64,000 nucleotides of DNA from Chara braunii (lineage: Eukaryota > Plantae > Charophyceae): contig BFEA01000033.1 in NCBI GenBank assembly GCA_003427395.1, positions 4,045,298 through 4,109,297 on the forward strand, written 5' to 3'. Shown in pieces: positions 1 to 12,982 of this stretch. Position numbers and translations under genes: made by a program. The notes beneath the pieces were generated by a model. That model searched no databases, was not told where the DNA came from, and worked only from the letters and a program-made list of their open reading frames with translations. Positions within the stretch are counted from its first letter, which is position 1; the number at the start of each line of letters is the position of its first letter.

Positions 1-420
1 TTCCCCGCCCGTTTCCATCGAGTAACGGGCGGGCCCTTCGTTTCCTCCCTCGCTTCTCCCCCTCCTCCGCCATAGCCTCTACGCACTACCTTTCTTACTA
101 ACCTCCTATTACACTAACTTTTCACTAATTCTGACTTCATAGTCCTACTCGCAGCCACCCGAAACCCCCATTTTGGGTCTTCCCCCGCCCGTTTCCGTGG
201 GGAAACGGGTGAGATCTTCACTTTGCACTCTTCCCCTCGGCACTTCGCCATAGCTCCCGCGCAGACCTTCTCCTACTAACCACCGATTTTACTAATCTAA
301 CCCCGTATCTGACTTCACCATGCAGCTCGCCCGGGGCCAAAACTCCGGGATCGCCTCTCTCCCCGCTCGATTTCATCACGGATCGAGCGGGCTTCGCAAT
401 TTTCTCCCCACCATCTCTCA
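1..420. repeat. Degenerate ~180-bp tandem repeat, each unit opening with a GC-rich hairpin
   Basis: ccccgcccgtttcc…aacggg recurs at ~3 and ~182, with a variant at ~361. ctactaacc…actaat…ctgacttca occurs in units 1 and 2. Confidence 0.45.
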
Positions 421-1542
421 CTTCGTCGCGCATGCACCTCGCGCAAAACTGCGTCTGGGTACACTCCCTTTCACTGCACCCGTATCTCGCACCCCCGGCT
501 ACTCCTTCTCACCCGTTTTTCCACCGCACGTATCCTGTGCAGAATCCCGGCCCGATTCGTCCTCCCTCTCAGCTTCTGCTTTCCTGTCTTGGCACCTTAA
601 CGCTCGCTCGCTTGTTGCGCCCGCTGCTGCCCGCCTCCTCCGCTCATTTCCCTTACCCCCGCAATCGCCGATCCGGCCTCTCACTCAGCGCAGTGTGGCG
701 GCACTCGGCACTCCGACAACACTTTGCCGCGGCTCCGCCCCTCGATTTATGCACGTCTTCCGTGCGCAGGGGGCATGCAAATTTCCTTGTATCGTTCCAA
801 TTTTAACGGATGTCCCGAAGGACCCCTCCCAGTGGCAGGCACCCCACGGTGCTGCCAGCGCCTCGAGCCCAAGCAAAGCCAGCCGGGCCCGAGCTCAGGC
901 CTGAATTTCAATGGTTCATGGTGCGTCGCTGAGCTAGGCCCATAGACCCTAGAAGTAAGCCCGACCCCGCATCTCAAGTTAAAACGGGGCGCGGCTTCGG
1001 CGTAGCCACAAAAACAGTTTGTAAATACACTTCAGGCAGCCCCGCGAATACAGCACACTCTACGTGACCATACATTAGGCCCAATATCTCGTCTCAGAAC
1101 GGGGCGCGAGTAAAACAAAAAATGTACGGAAAAAATTAAGGAAAAGAAAGTATCAAGGCCCCGTCGCGGCTACCGGGCCCGATGCCCGTCCCGTGGGCCA
1201 GGCCCGCCACCGTGTCCTTTACCAAAACCGAGGGGGATAGCCCCACCGGGCCCTCGACTCCTCAGTTTCGCCTCGCGCCGCTCTGCTGCCGCAACATCGA
1301 CGCCCGCTGGCCTCGATCCCAGAGCCTCCACTGTGTCAACCCAGTATCATAACCTATAGGGCTAAGCCCAAGCCTGAGACCAACATCTGCGAAGTGCCAT
1401 ACAAGGTGGTGCGGCGCTGCGCTCAGGGCCAAGGAAATTGGCTTGAGCCCCATCTCTACCTACAACCGTGCGCGCGACCACCCAGCGTCTCCGCCGACTT
1501 ACCAGGCTGTACCACGGCCGCCACTCGCGCCACTCCGCGCGC

Positions 1543-1580
1543 CTGTCTCTTATACACATCTAGATGTGTATAAGAGACAG
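1543..1580. other. Illumina Nextera mate-pair junction adapter (two inverted Tn5 mosaic ends); assembly contaminant
   Basis: Exact CTGTCTCTTATACACATCT followed by AGATGTGTATAAGAGACAG. Confidence 0.98.
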
Positions 1581-2589
1581 TGCCAAATCAAATCTGCCAC
1601 TCGCGCCACTCCGCGCGCCAAGACCTACCGCAGTCACACTGTCGCCGTCGAGGTCGTCCTCCGTGCGCACGAGTAACTCAGTCAAACATACCGACCAAAG
1701 ACAAATGTATCTAAATCCTAGTCTAATCAAGAATAAACAAAAATAAAAATAAAAATAAAGATAAAGTAGAAACGAACCGGTCGGCGTCCGCGCCGGCTCT
1801 ATGATCAACGATAGAAACGGAATCACTCGTGCCTCAAACCTGCGCGCCCATGTACTCTCTATTGTAGTCAACCATCCAGTCAACGTAATCACAGACACAG
1901 CCGCGCCTAGCGCGGTATACTTAAACTTCGAACCAAAACTATCTCCTGTCGCTTGCACAAACCAGGGCGGATACCCTTGTAAGGGTATTCGCACCGACAC
2001 CGCTCATGATCGGCAGAGTGTTCCTTCCCACGAGGATCACAGGTAACCCTAGAGTGAGGCCAAAAATTTCCCCACGTGACCAGGCAAATAAAAGGCAAAA
2101 AAACAATCCACCACTCGTCATCTCGCCCAGACAGAGAGTACTACCCTTCGGGCCCACTGCGAGGCAAGATGAAGCGATGGGTATGAACCCACCTAGGGAT
2201 ATCAGACGAGAAGAAGGTGCTGCCCGTAACCCCATGAAAAGCAACCAGCAGCAAGATGCTCCGTCAACCAGCGGAAGAAGGAACAATGAAGGGAAACGGG
2301 ACAGGCCATGCGCTAGCACACCGAGCGTCGGTCGACAGAACAGTAGAGGGCAGCACATGCCTTCACAGGGCAACTCTACTATCTCCACTGCCAATTCTAC
2401 GAGAGAAGGAATGGCAAAGAAGGGAAGCACGAGCCACAAGAAAGGGAGAAAAGGGGTTATTGAATCCCCATGACGCATGCATTTGTCTGTCTTTCCACAT
2501 GGTCGATAATTTGTCGATTTTTTTCTTGGGTTTTTTTCTTTACTTTATTTTCTTTTTTCTGTTTTGATTCTTTTTTTAGGCTTTTTACA

Positions 2590-4827
2590 TATCGCGTTTG
2601 ACACCGCTGCCACCCCGGAAGTACTGGCCATTCACGAGTGAATGACTCCCTCATCAAGGTGTTGTACGATGCGCAGGTTGAAGGATTCAAGCCCAACGAG
2701 GGAGGAGGATGGGTTACCCTGCCCTCCGAAAGAACAGCCTAGAGAACAAGAAAACAAGAGAAGAAGGAATCCGTCCACGTCAGGTACACAAGCAAGCTCA
2801 TGGAGGCCGCTCCACTCAGGAGGATTGTCTTGGAAGCGCTGCAACAAGTCGTCAGTGATAGATCGAAGGATTGGCTGGATGAGGTCGTCATAGGGTGGCA
2901 CTATGACGAACCACTTGGATTTAAGCTGCAAACCTGGCAAGGTCTTCAAGAAATTCAAGTTGGCGGAGTGGGAGGCAAGCTACAAGCCAGACTACTGCAG
3001 GTGCGGAGATGGGAGGCATGCGGATTTCCTCAGTCCTTCTTCCATCAGGCTATTACCAAATGAGGGTTATCTGCATGTCATCACCTCGGACACCGGAATT
3101 ACCAACAACGGGCGCCTGCAACTGATGCTCAATGCCGGCCTCAACCACATACCCATGAGGGCGTTGGATGAAGACTACGCAGTCGGAGAGCTAGAGGACG
3201 CACTGGACAAGCTACTGACGACAAAGGAGTGTGACACGGAACTATCCATGGGGGAAGAAAGGCGAGTGAAGAGCATCGCAATGGAGAACATCAAGTGTCG
3301 CATCAGAGACTATCACATGGGGCACATGCACATAGCGGGAGAATCCATCAACATCGTTGCGGTCAGGAAGGAGATCGAATGGCTGACATGAATGTATCTA
3401 GTCTGCCCGATTGACAATGCACCGCACACGCCTACGTTCATCTGCATCAACTTCATTCGAAGATTGGCGCTAGAGCGACTATCTGGCCCTGACTTCGTCT
3501 CACTCCCGCAGACACCTGATGAAGTAGGCACAAGAATATTAGCACAGGCCAAGGCCTTCGCGCCTTCCAGACACTTCGAGGACAGAATGCCATTACCTCA
3601 TCTGATGACGGTCTACAAAGTGCACAAGGAATCCTTCAAGTGGATCACCAATACCGCAGGCTCAGTACTTTCGCACATCGCAGACATCTGCGACTGCCTA
3701 CTCAAGCTCCTAGCGGTAGACGTACAAGTACTGTGTGCCAGCAGGAGTAATGAGGTGATGGCGGAGCACGGCATGAGACCAAATTATTGGTGACCTATCT
3801 CTTCAGTAGGGGAGTTTGTGGCTAATCTCTCGCGGAACGTGTACTCCATCTACACCGGAGACATCACACGATGCTTCGAAGCCATACCAACGGACAACTC
3901 AGACGATGGGCTGATCTCCGCGATCAAATTTTTCGTAAAAACGGCAATGGAATGGAGGAGATCGAGGACTGCAAGAGACGTCGCTGCCATCACCATCGCC
4001 GCCAACGATTCGCTGCATCCTAGCTGAGTGGATGAGGAACAAGAGAGGGAATATGAAAAACTCTACTTTAGGGAGAGGGATATCATTAGGATCTGCGAAT
4101 GGCTTGTGACCAACGGGGTTGTGCAGATGGGGGACAGAGTATGGCGCCAAGTTCTGGGCATCCCAATGGGACTTGCCTACTCTCCTGCCCTATGCGATGT
4201 GTATTTTTTTAAGTATGAGTTTGAACTGATTTTGCGCTTAGTAGAGAACCAGGATTGGCAGGTCGTGAAGTGCTTCGAAGACACGTATAGATACATTGAT
4301 GATTTGTGTTTTCTTTTAATAACATGATAATTAAGGAGTTTCTCGGCAGGGATGTCCCTGGCCCCGACCATGTCTCAGGGTTCTACCCGCACCAATTCAT
4401 CAAAGTAAAGGAGACAACCACAGTCAAGATCGATGGGCAGGGACTGGTCGCGAACTTTCTAAACATTATGTTATCCATCGCATCTACCACAGATGGCACG
4501 TACGCCACATGCAAGCACGGCAAAAGGAGTGGTCTCAATTTTAGTATCGTCAAATTCATGAAATTTAAATCGAACCGTAGCATTACGCAGTCATTGCAAA
4601 TACTGACGGCACAAACGATACTAATTCTGCTCCTTTGCTCGGATGAGCAGGAGGCCGCCTCTGAAATCAATGCCCTGGTCCAGACCATGATCGCTAATGG
4701 CTTTTGCAGGCGAGAATGTTGGAAAGTAATCGAAAATGTTTTTGAGAACAGAGGCAAGTATCAACCAGGGAGGGTAGATGATGTCATGGTCATAAGCATC
4801 CTGATTGCCAGATTCCGAATGCCCTAA
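2590..4827 (+). pseudogene. Degenerate Penelope-like retroelement reverse transcriptase, 5'-truncated
   Basis: Consecutive ORF pieces 2903-4327 (same frame, separated by stops) and 4306-4827. They show a CRCG…H linker, YTGDITRCF (RT motif A), QVLGIPMGLAYSP (motif B') and RYIDD (motif C). No GIY-YIG seen. Confidence 0.8.
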
Positions 4828-4951
4828 AACTGTGTGTGGTTGTTTGTGATAGTGTGTGGCGGAAACCGGAAGGGTGTGGCCGGAAGGCCCGATACCCTTC
4901 GGTATCCTGCCTTCCGACCCCTCCCCTGCCACCGGTGGGTAAGAGGTGGGG

Positions 4952-4952
<1 letters not shown>

Positions 4953-4983
<31 letters not shown>

Positions 4984-5020
4984 TACACACACACACATTC
5001 TTTTTTTTTTTTTTTTTTTT
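4953..5020. repeat. (CA)n microsatellite followed by poly-T
   Basis: Direct inspection. Confidence 0.95.
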
Positions 5021-5349
5021 CTTCTGTGTATCGTTTGCAAGTACTACATGCCATGGGAGGACTGGGTATAGCACTACATATCTGCCATTTTATGATTCAC
5101 TTCTGCAGCACCCGACGTCGGTTATGGGACGCTTCAGCAGATGGCAAGACATTGCCGACCTTATTGCAAGAAACGAATGCATAAGTACGAACGTTTAAAA
5201 AAAAAGGCCCCCGTAGTAAGATGTAGGACGCTGTCAGACGTCTTCGCTGAAGCAGAATAGGATGAGGGTGCACGGGACGGTACCGGAGCGAACACTAGGG
5301 CTCCGCGTTTTTTTTTATTTCCTTTCCCTTTTTTTACTTTTTCCTTTTT

Positions 5350-5381
<32 letters not shown>

Positions 5382-5867
5382 CCTTTTTTCCTTTTTTTCT
5401 TTTCCTTGTTGTTTGTTTTGGTCCAATGGTTTCGAAACCCGAATTAGTCGGCGCCATCATAAGAACTTAGATATTGACAACATGTGCGGACTATTTAAGC
5501 GTTTGGACCCCCCCGTTTTCTCCCATCCCAGTTTCAGTACGCATGCGCTTTGTTTGGGCCAAGGGGGAGGCGAGGTCCGGCAAAAGGTATCAACGATTTT
5601 CACAGTGAGCTCGGCTGCAGAGGTGACGGTGACAGGACCTCCGTTTTTTCGGCGGACGACTGCAGCAGGCGGCATGGATTACATGGTCGATCTGGCTATG
5701 GTGGACCATTTGATTGGCAACGTCGATGACATGGTATAAGCTCCCGAACCGACGGCTTTTCGGCGAAGGTCTCCAGTCTTTCTCAAGTTCTTGTTGAGCC
5801 CTTTCTGCGCATAGCATTGCTCACTCCTATGGCTGCTCGTCATCCTGTATAAGGGACGTGCGCAATC

Positions 5868-6397
5868 CAACGGAAAAATTTCCTAGAATTAAATAATCAT
5901 TCTATAGTAAAATTACGATCTAAATTTAAATTTTCATTCCATCTTAAAAAATGTCATTCTAATTTTAAAAATTTTCATCTTACTTGCAAACTTTCATTCC
6001 AAGAATAGGGTATCCCTTCTTATTTGGACCGCATGCTAGAGATGGAATGAAAGTCTGGATGAGTTCATGAAATATTTTAATTGGACTGTCATTCTAAGTA
6101 AGGATTTTCAGTCATAAATAGGTTAATCCAATCTAAACTATAAAATATTTGTTTTAGTAGAATGAAAATTTAATAAAAATATTTCATAAACTCATCCGGA
6201 CTTTCATTCCATCTTGAACAAATAAATGTACTGAAAATAGGAAAAAAGGAAAACTCATTTTTAGACGGGAACTTATCAAATAAAACTGAAAATTTTAGAA
6301 TTGGACGAACATTGGAATGATAATTTATAAATATGAAGGATTTTTTTTTTATGAAATGTTTTTTCAACTTTCATTTCTCGAGGGAATTTTTCTGTTG
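5868..6397. mobile_element. AT-rich MITE-like element
   Basis: Imperfect terminal inverted repeats caacggaaaaatttcct / agggaatttttctgttg. Internal ttcattcc/gaatgaaa motifs. TSD unclear. Confidence 0.5.
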
Positions 6398-6641
6398 TCG
6401 TTTTTCTCCCACGTGATCTTCTACGCTCGTTAACTAGCAGACGCTATCACTTCTCTCAATGGCTCTGCAGAAAGATAACATGGCAGAAGAGGCGGTAATC
6501 GCAGTAGAGATTTCAGCTTTCGTAATCCTCGCGTTCATCGCACTTCTCGTTTTTCTCGCTTTTCTCGCTTTTCTTCATCTACTACAGGCCCTCCCCTCCC
6601 CGCAAGTGCTTCCTAAGCGTGCATGACTAAGCAGGTGCCCA

Positions 6642-6693
6642 CCCTCTGATGAAGCCGTGAATTCGTGGTTAGCGGTAGAAAAGCGCTTCAGGG
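6642..6693 (+). ncRNA. Candidate minimal type I hammerhead ribozyme (Penelope-like element type)
   Basis: CCCT-CTGATGA-(a)gccg…cggt(a)-GAAA-agcgct-TC-AGGG. Both core boxes are present, stem I is CCCT/AGGG and stem III is palindromic (AAGCGCTT). The stem II closing pair is mismatched. Confidence 0.5.
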
Positions 6694-7350
6694 CTTGCCA
6701 CCACCCTCCCTGCTTTGGTTGTCGAGGCAATCTTCCCGCACTACGTGGAAGCGTCTCTGGGGATACGGTCGGTTTATGTTCATGTTTTTTGTTTCGGCAC
6801 CTATTCTTGCTCACGCATGTTTGTGATTGATGCTAATAGACATTGCTTCAGCGATACGACCAGATAAGAGACAACTGTTTCCTTTGTCGAATCGTGGCTT
6901 TTGTTTTTCCTCGTTTTTCTGTTTTCTTTCTTCGTTTTTTTCTTTTTTCATTTCCCCCCCCTCTTTTTCTCTCTTCCTTTCGGTTTTCCTAGTTCTTCTC
7001 CTTTACCTTCCTTAAATCTTCGCCTATCCGCTCTGGCCTCCCCTGGATTTTCCCTTCTTCCTATTTTTTACTCGCATCCTTCCTAAAGAATTCTCCATAA
7101 AATAAACCCAACTTTCTTCTTTATGAGATCTTAGGAGAATGGGGGATTTGATGACTGGCCTTGCTCGATCTTCCTCCCGCGAACTTACGAAGAGTAGCAG
7201 ATACGACAAGACTATTTGTTGCCCCCTGCTACTGTCCGTAACAACATGGAGGGTAGCTGCCGGTGATTACCAACGCATGACTGATTGGGTGTTTTCTCAC
7301 TTATATTTTTGTATGTCTCCCAATATATGTATGATTTTCCCTGCTTAAGT

Positions 7351-8165
<815 letters not shown>

Positions 8166-8169
8166 ACCC

Positions 8170-11100
8170 TAGCTGAAGAACAAATCTCGAGACTAGCCCC
8201 GAAAGTCCCCGAGGGGAGAAATCCATTGATGTGGCTAGAAAATTGTTACTGGTCCATTCCAAGAGGTAGAACTCAGCCCTCAAACCAGCCAGCGAAGCCA
8301 CATCGTCAGGCCACAATGATGCACATTAAAAATGATTTTTTTTTGCCCGATCTCCGCAAGACTTGGTGCAAACTACCCTTACCAGATAAAATTCCCCCAA
8401 ACCGATGGGAAGAGGTCTGTCAACAACCCCTTCTCAATAACAAATGGTTGACTGACTCACAAGGGAGGATGTTTCACTGTATGGATTCTCCCTGGAGGGG
8501 CTGGGTAAAAAATGAGATCCTAGGGATTGGGGACATATGAAACTTAGGAACTCGGGACTGGTACTCGCTCTCTGACCTCTTGCCTAGTTTGCATTACTGC
8601 AGGAGAATAGGAAGAGCACTAAGATACGATCACTGAAGTCATTATGATCGAATGGACAAGGATCCTCAGAAAAGGACCACAACTCAAAGAAAGTGATTGG
8701 GTGGGTATCCAAGGAAGCCCCAACAAATAGGAAATGTGGTAGTAGTGAATGACGAGGGATCAATTTGACTCTCCTTATTCTCAATTAATCTGAAAAATCA
8801 GCTAATTGAAAGTCAAACTAAGGAAACCAAATGGTTCAATATTGACCAGGTATTTATGATTAGCGTTTTAAAACACAAAGACAATTGAATTGCTTTCAAA
8901 GTTCAAACCATCATGATGTGCAATCAACAAATTGGCTCTAGATCTCATTTACTGGTCATGGACGGTCCCTATGGGGAAAGTTTAACGCAGAAAGTGCACT
9001 CGCAATATCCACTCTCTAACGGTCAGATCAACTTACTGTATGTTGAAGCCTAGACTGGATCTGAAAGATCGAGCAAAAACCAGATGGATGAAACAACTAA
9101 ATGGAAGTAGGAAGATTTGAGACATGTCAAATGGTTCAAAACTATTAAGATTAAACCGACAAAAATTGCCTCCTTACAGTAGCAAATGGACCATAGATGC
9201 CTTCCTACGAATGATTGGCTAATAGATAGGACCTCGTTGGAGGAGAAAGGCATTCAATTTTTACTCTACCTTGGTGCAAGTTATGCTCCTCTGCGTTCCC
9301 ATCTAGGACCATTCCGGAAACCATCGAGCATATCTTTCTTCAATGCCATATTGCAGTCTGGTTATGGCGATGGTGGGACAGGATTTGGAGTTCCTTCAAC
9401 ACCCCTCGAACTTGGCCTTGGGACTGACGCTGTGTTACTGCGCGTTCATTGAACGCGCGTTTCGCGTTCAGGGTATGAACGCTGTGAACGTGTGTTCACT
9501 GAGCGCACGTGAATGCGTTTGACGTGTTTGCGCAAGGGGTTGTGCGGGGGGGGGAGGGGCTTTGGGCAGTGCGGGGAGCGGCGGCGGTGCTTGGGGGGGC
9601 TGTGGGCCGAATACCCATGTGAAACGAGAAAAAAAAAAAACTGTGTGTGTGTGAACTTGTGTGTGTGTGTGAGTGTGTGCACGTATGTGCGTGCGTGTGT
9701 GTAAAAGGTCCTTTTTTTTTTCGAGGGGGTGGGGGAATCCCCGAAACACAGCTCAGACAGCCCATGCAGGCTATCTGAAGGGTTCTCGCAGCCATGTAGC
9801 GCAGACCCCCCCACCAAAATCAAGGCAGGCAATGAATATGAAGTAGAGCAGGAGCTGGCCGAATATATACTCAAGATTCGAATTCAGATCTGTGTTGCAG
9901 CAGTTATGGGTTGCTCACGTAGCTAGGTCATGTTGGTCTCAGCACGTGATTCTCGTTTTTCTTTTCTTAGGAATACTTGGAGTGACCCTAAGGGCCTCTA
10001 CTCACCACATGCACAAAAGACAAAACATATGGCGGCGTATTATTCCATGTTCTGCAGAAGATTCATTCTAGTTTTCACATTTGGTGAGTAGTGCAGCCAA
10101 GCCCTGAGAATCACGTGCTGAGACCAACACGGCCTAGCTACGTGAGCAACCCATAACTGCTGCAACACAAACCTGAATTCGAATTTTGAGTATATATTCG
10201 GCCAGCTCGTGCTCACTTCATATTCACTGCCTGCCTTGATTTTGGTGGGGGGGTCTGCGCTACATGGCTGCGAGGACCTTAAAGATAGCCTGCATGGGCC
10301 GTCTGAGCCGTGTTAGGGGGATTCCCCCACTGCGTCCCCCCAAAAAAAGGACCCTTCACATATGGTGGGGGGTGACGCGGTAGGGGGGGTGGGCCTCCAG
10401 GTTTTTTTTTTTGCACTTTCGGGCCTCGTTGAACGAGGCCCACCACCCCGTGGTCCGCGACGCGCGTGCGCCCTCCAGGGTCGCGTTCAATTTTTTCGCG
10501 CCACGTGGCACGCAGCGCGTTTGAACGCGATTGAACGTGGCCCCGGGGGGTATGAACGCGCACGTTTGAACGTGAATGCGCGTTCAGCGCATTCAACCGG
10601 TTGCACAGGACTGGCGAGCTCTGTTATGCGAGACATGGTCTCCGGATCAACTAGATGATTTCTCTCAAAACCTATTTATAACCGGTAGAAGAGTCATTCT
10701 TTGGGCCCTCTGGCAACGTCGATGTATTTTTGAAATGGAGGGAGTTAGGCTGGATGGTCCAGATTTTACTGAGACGATCAAACTGCAGGTGCAAACTGTT
10801 ATCACAGCTGAATGGGACAAAGTAATAGAAAAAATCCAATTCCTGTCAGATAAAAAAGAAATCCAACAACGTATCCAACTATTCAGTGGCGCTTGGCTAG
10901 GGGGGCCTCAAGGAGGTAAGATTGGATAGATCAAAGAGAGCGGGGGTAGAAGAGAGAACAGAGAAGAGCATAGCTAAGAAATTCAAAGGGACTACCGACT
11001 GACATTCCATGATTGGACAAATGTGGACCCAACAGTACCCCATCTCCCTCTATCAGAGTTCCCAGATCCCTTCCCCCCTTCATTATCCCTGGTCCCCATA

Positions 11101-11200
11101 AGTTGGTTTGGCTGCGAAGGAGGAGGAAATGCTATTAGTATGCGGTACTGACAGCCATACAAGGCCGAAGAGGCTGATTACAAAATTTGTAGTTGGATGG
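8170..11200 (+). pseudogene. L1-type LINE ORF2 3' remnant (C-terminal CCHC/zf-RVT region), interrupted by a MITE
   Basis: Manual translation of ~9272-9426 gives WCKLC…ETIEHIFLQC..AVWLWRWW. It resumes after the insertion as WRALL…ILWALWQRRC (ORF 10576-10929). Confidence 0.7.
9430..10608. mobile_element. hAT-like non-autonomous foldback element
   Basis: Termini ctgtg…/…gcacag. 8-bp TSD gactgacg (9422-9429) / gactggcg (10609-10616). Long internal inverted repeat, ~9705-9954 vs ~10106-10360. Confidence 0.8.
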
Positions 11201-11379
11201 GCTGGAAGGGTAGCAGAGCTATAGAATGGGCTGTTTCAGTATGACATGGCCGTTAGGGGGACTAGAGAATGTTTTAGGATTCAGGGGCTGCTATCAACTT
11301 TTCCTGGGCTACTTTGAAGTTAAGCTCAGCGATCTGTGGTTGTTCGATGCCAGAACGACGCTGGCCGGTGCTGGGGTGT

Positions 11380-11955
11380 CGCCCTGTAACCTGTTGACGC
11401 AGGACCGTGAGGCCTGGTAGAGAGATCTAGGGATGCCTTGGGGTGGGCATCCCACGGGACAACCAAGGTTTGCTGCTGGGATGACGCTGGCCGGAGGTGG
11501 GGTGAGTTGTGTTGGCCTGTAACCCAACACAAAGTGGGGGTGTGAGGCCTGGAAGAGCTCGGCATGGAGTAAGACAACTCTGAGGAACTGTGGAAAGGTT
11601 TGTTAGGGAGTTCGAGAGTTTTGGAGCTTCTTTTAGGACTCCGGTGGTCTATTCTAAAAAGAAACGAGGTGAGTGGGAGAAGGAGATGGTGGGATATCAT
11701 GCGTCCTACTAGTGAGGGGGCTAGCTGGTAGGATTGAAATAGGGTATAGCAGCAGTAGAGATGGTGGCTCTGCTGCAGTAAGTCTTGCCGGAGTGAGGTA
11801 CAGAGGACTGATGGTTTTTTTTTTTCTGAGTTGCCTTTTGAATTCTGCTTATTCTTGAAGCCTGTTGTAGTTATTTCCTAAGTAGCTCCAACGTTTTAAG
11901 CCAAAAAAGAGAACGGGTGAGTGAGGAAGGAGATGGTGGGATATCATGCGTCCTA
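11380..11955 (+). repeat. Dispersed repeat, probably a LINE 3' UTR; homologous to 40990-41240
   Basis: Shared blocks cctgtaacctg…gtagagagatct..ggatg…gggacaaccaagg…tgtgaggcct…taagacaa. Confidence 0.6.
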
Positions 11956-12982
11956 CTATATGGCCTGAGTTATCGAAGAGACTGGGAGGGTGCTACGGTG
12001 AACGGGACCCGGAATCAAGAAGACGGGGAATACGGTAAAAAACGACGAACGAATGGCAGCGCAATCTGGACTGGTGAACAAGGCCCCGGATGAAAGGGGG
12101 ATTTCGAGCAGATACTCGAAGACAGAAGACGCGCCAGCTACGAAGTCAGTTCCGAGCCTACAGAACCTTTCGGGAATCGGTATCCTCCACCGATAATGGT
12201 ACTATTCATTTGAGGCTGTTTCTTGACGCCTTTTCGGAGGCAGCCCACCGTTTTTTCCACGACTTGCTTTCCCAACGTGTTTTACATGTGTTTTGCTCAC
12301 GCATGGATGTGGCCTGGAACCTGTTTTGGTTCAATTTCAATTTCTTTGAAACCGTGAATATTAGAGACAATTTTATGACGAATAACTATTTTCCTTTGCA
12401 TTTTCCCTCTCAATTGCTGCAGACGACCGAGTCTGCGATGGATAGATCAGGCGGGAAATAAGGAGAATGCTAGTAGAATAGCTTTCGTAGAGAGATATAA
12501 GGAACAGGAAGCGTACGTTTCTTTCAAACTGAGCAGTTGTGAGGTAGAAGGTCTGTAGCATGTAGTACTCTCGGGCACCACAGGCTGTTTCAACGATGTA
12601 GTAACGCTGTGAAAGTTAAACCTCTGCTACATTATTTTCCGAGTTATCACTCTTTCTCGAGCTAGGCGAACGACCTGTTGCGCGTGGGAACGCTCGCCTA
12701 GTGCCGCCGGCATGCGTAGCCAGAGGACGACGTCCCGAGCATCGCTTTCGCCGAGTGTGCGATCTCACATTAAATCTATCATTTCTTAATATTTCTTAAT
12801 ATATCTTAAATGTCTTAATATTTTGTGTAAACCTCGCGATTTACCTTTCTTCGTTGTGAAGTTATAAGTGTAACTACCCCACGAAGAGGAGTACTATCGG
12901 CATTTGATTTTTTTCTATTCTTACTCGTATTCGTCGGCTCGTACCAAGATCGTAGAAGGCGCTTCAACGAAAGAAGAGTTGT

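Noticed and set aside
1260-1420. His-Cys box endonuclease-like 'LCC…HCVNP' peptide
   Set aside because: The key His residues are absent and the frame stops immediately; not supportable.
1543-1580. Bacterial Tn5/IS50 horizontal transfer
   Set aside because: It is the synthetic mosaic end in junction-adapter arrangement, with no transposase.
3389-4027. Three in-frame TGA codons as selenocysteine read-through in the Penelope-like RT
   Set aside because: They are readily explained as CGA/TGG to TGA decay. The element also has frameshifts and I see no SECIS.
12945-12970. Second hammerhead (gtagaaggcgcttca resembles 6676-6690)
   Set aside because: No upstream CUGANGA, and the GAAA box is broken.
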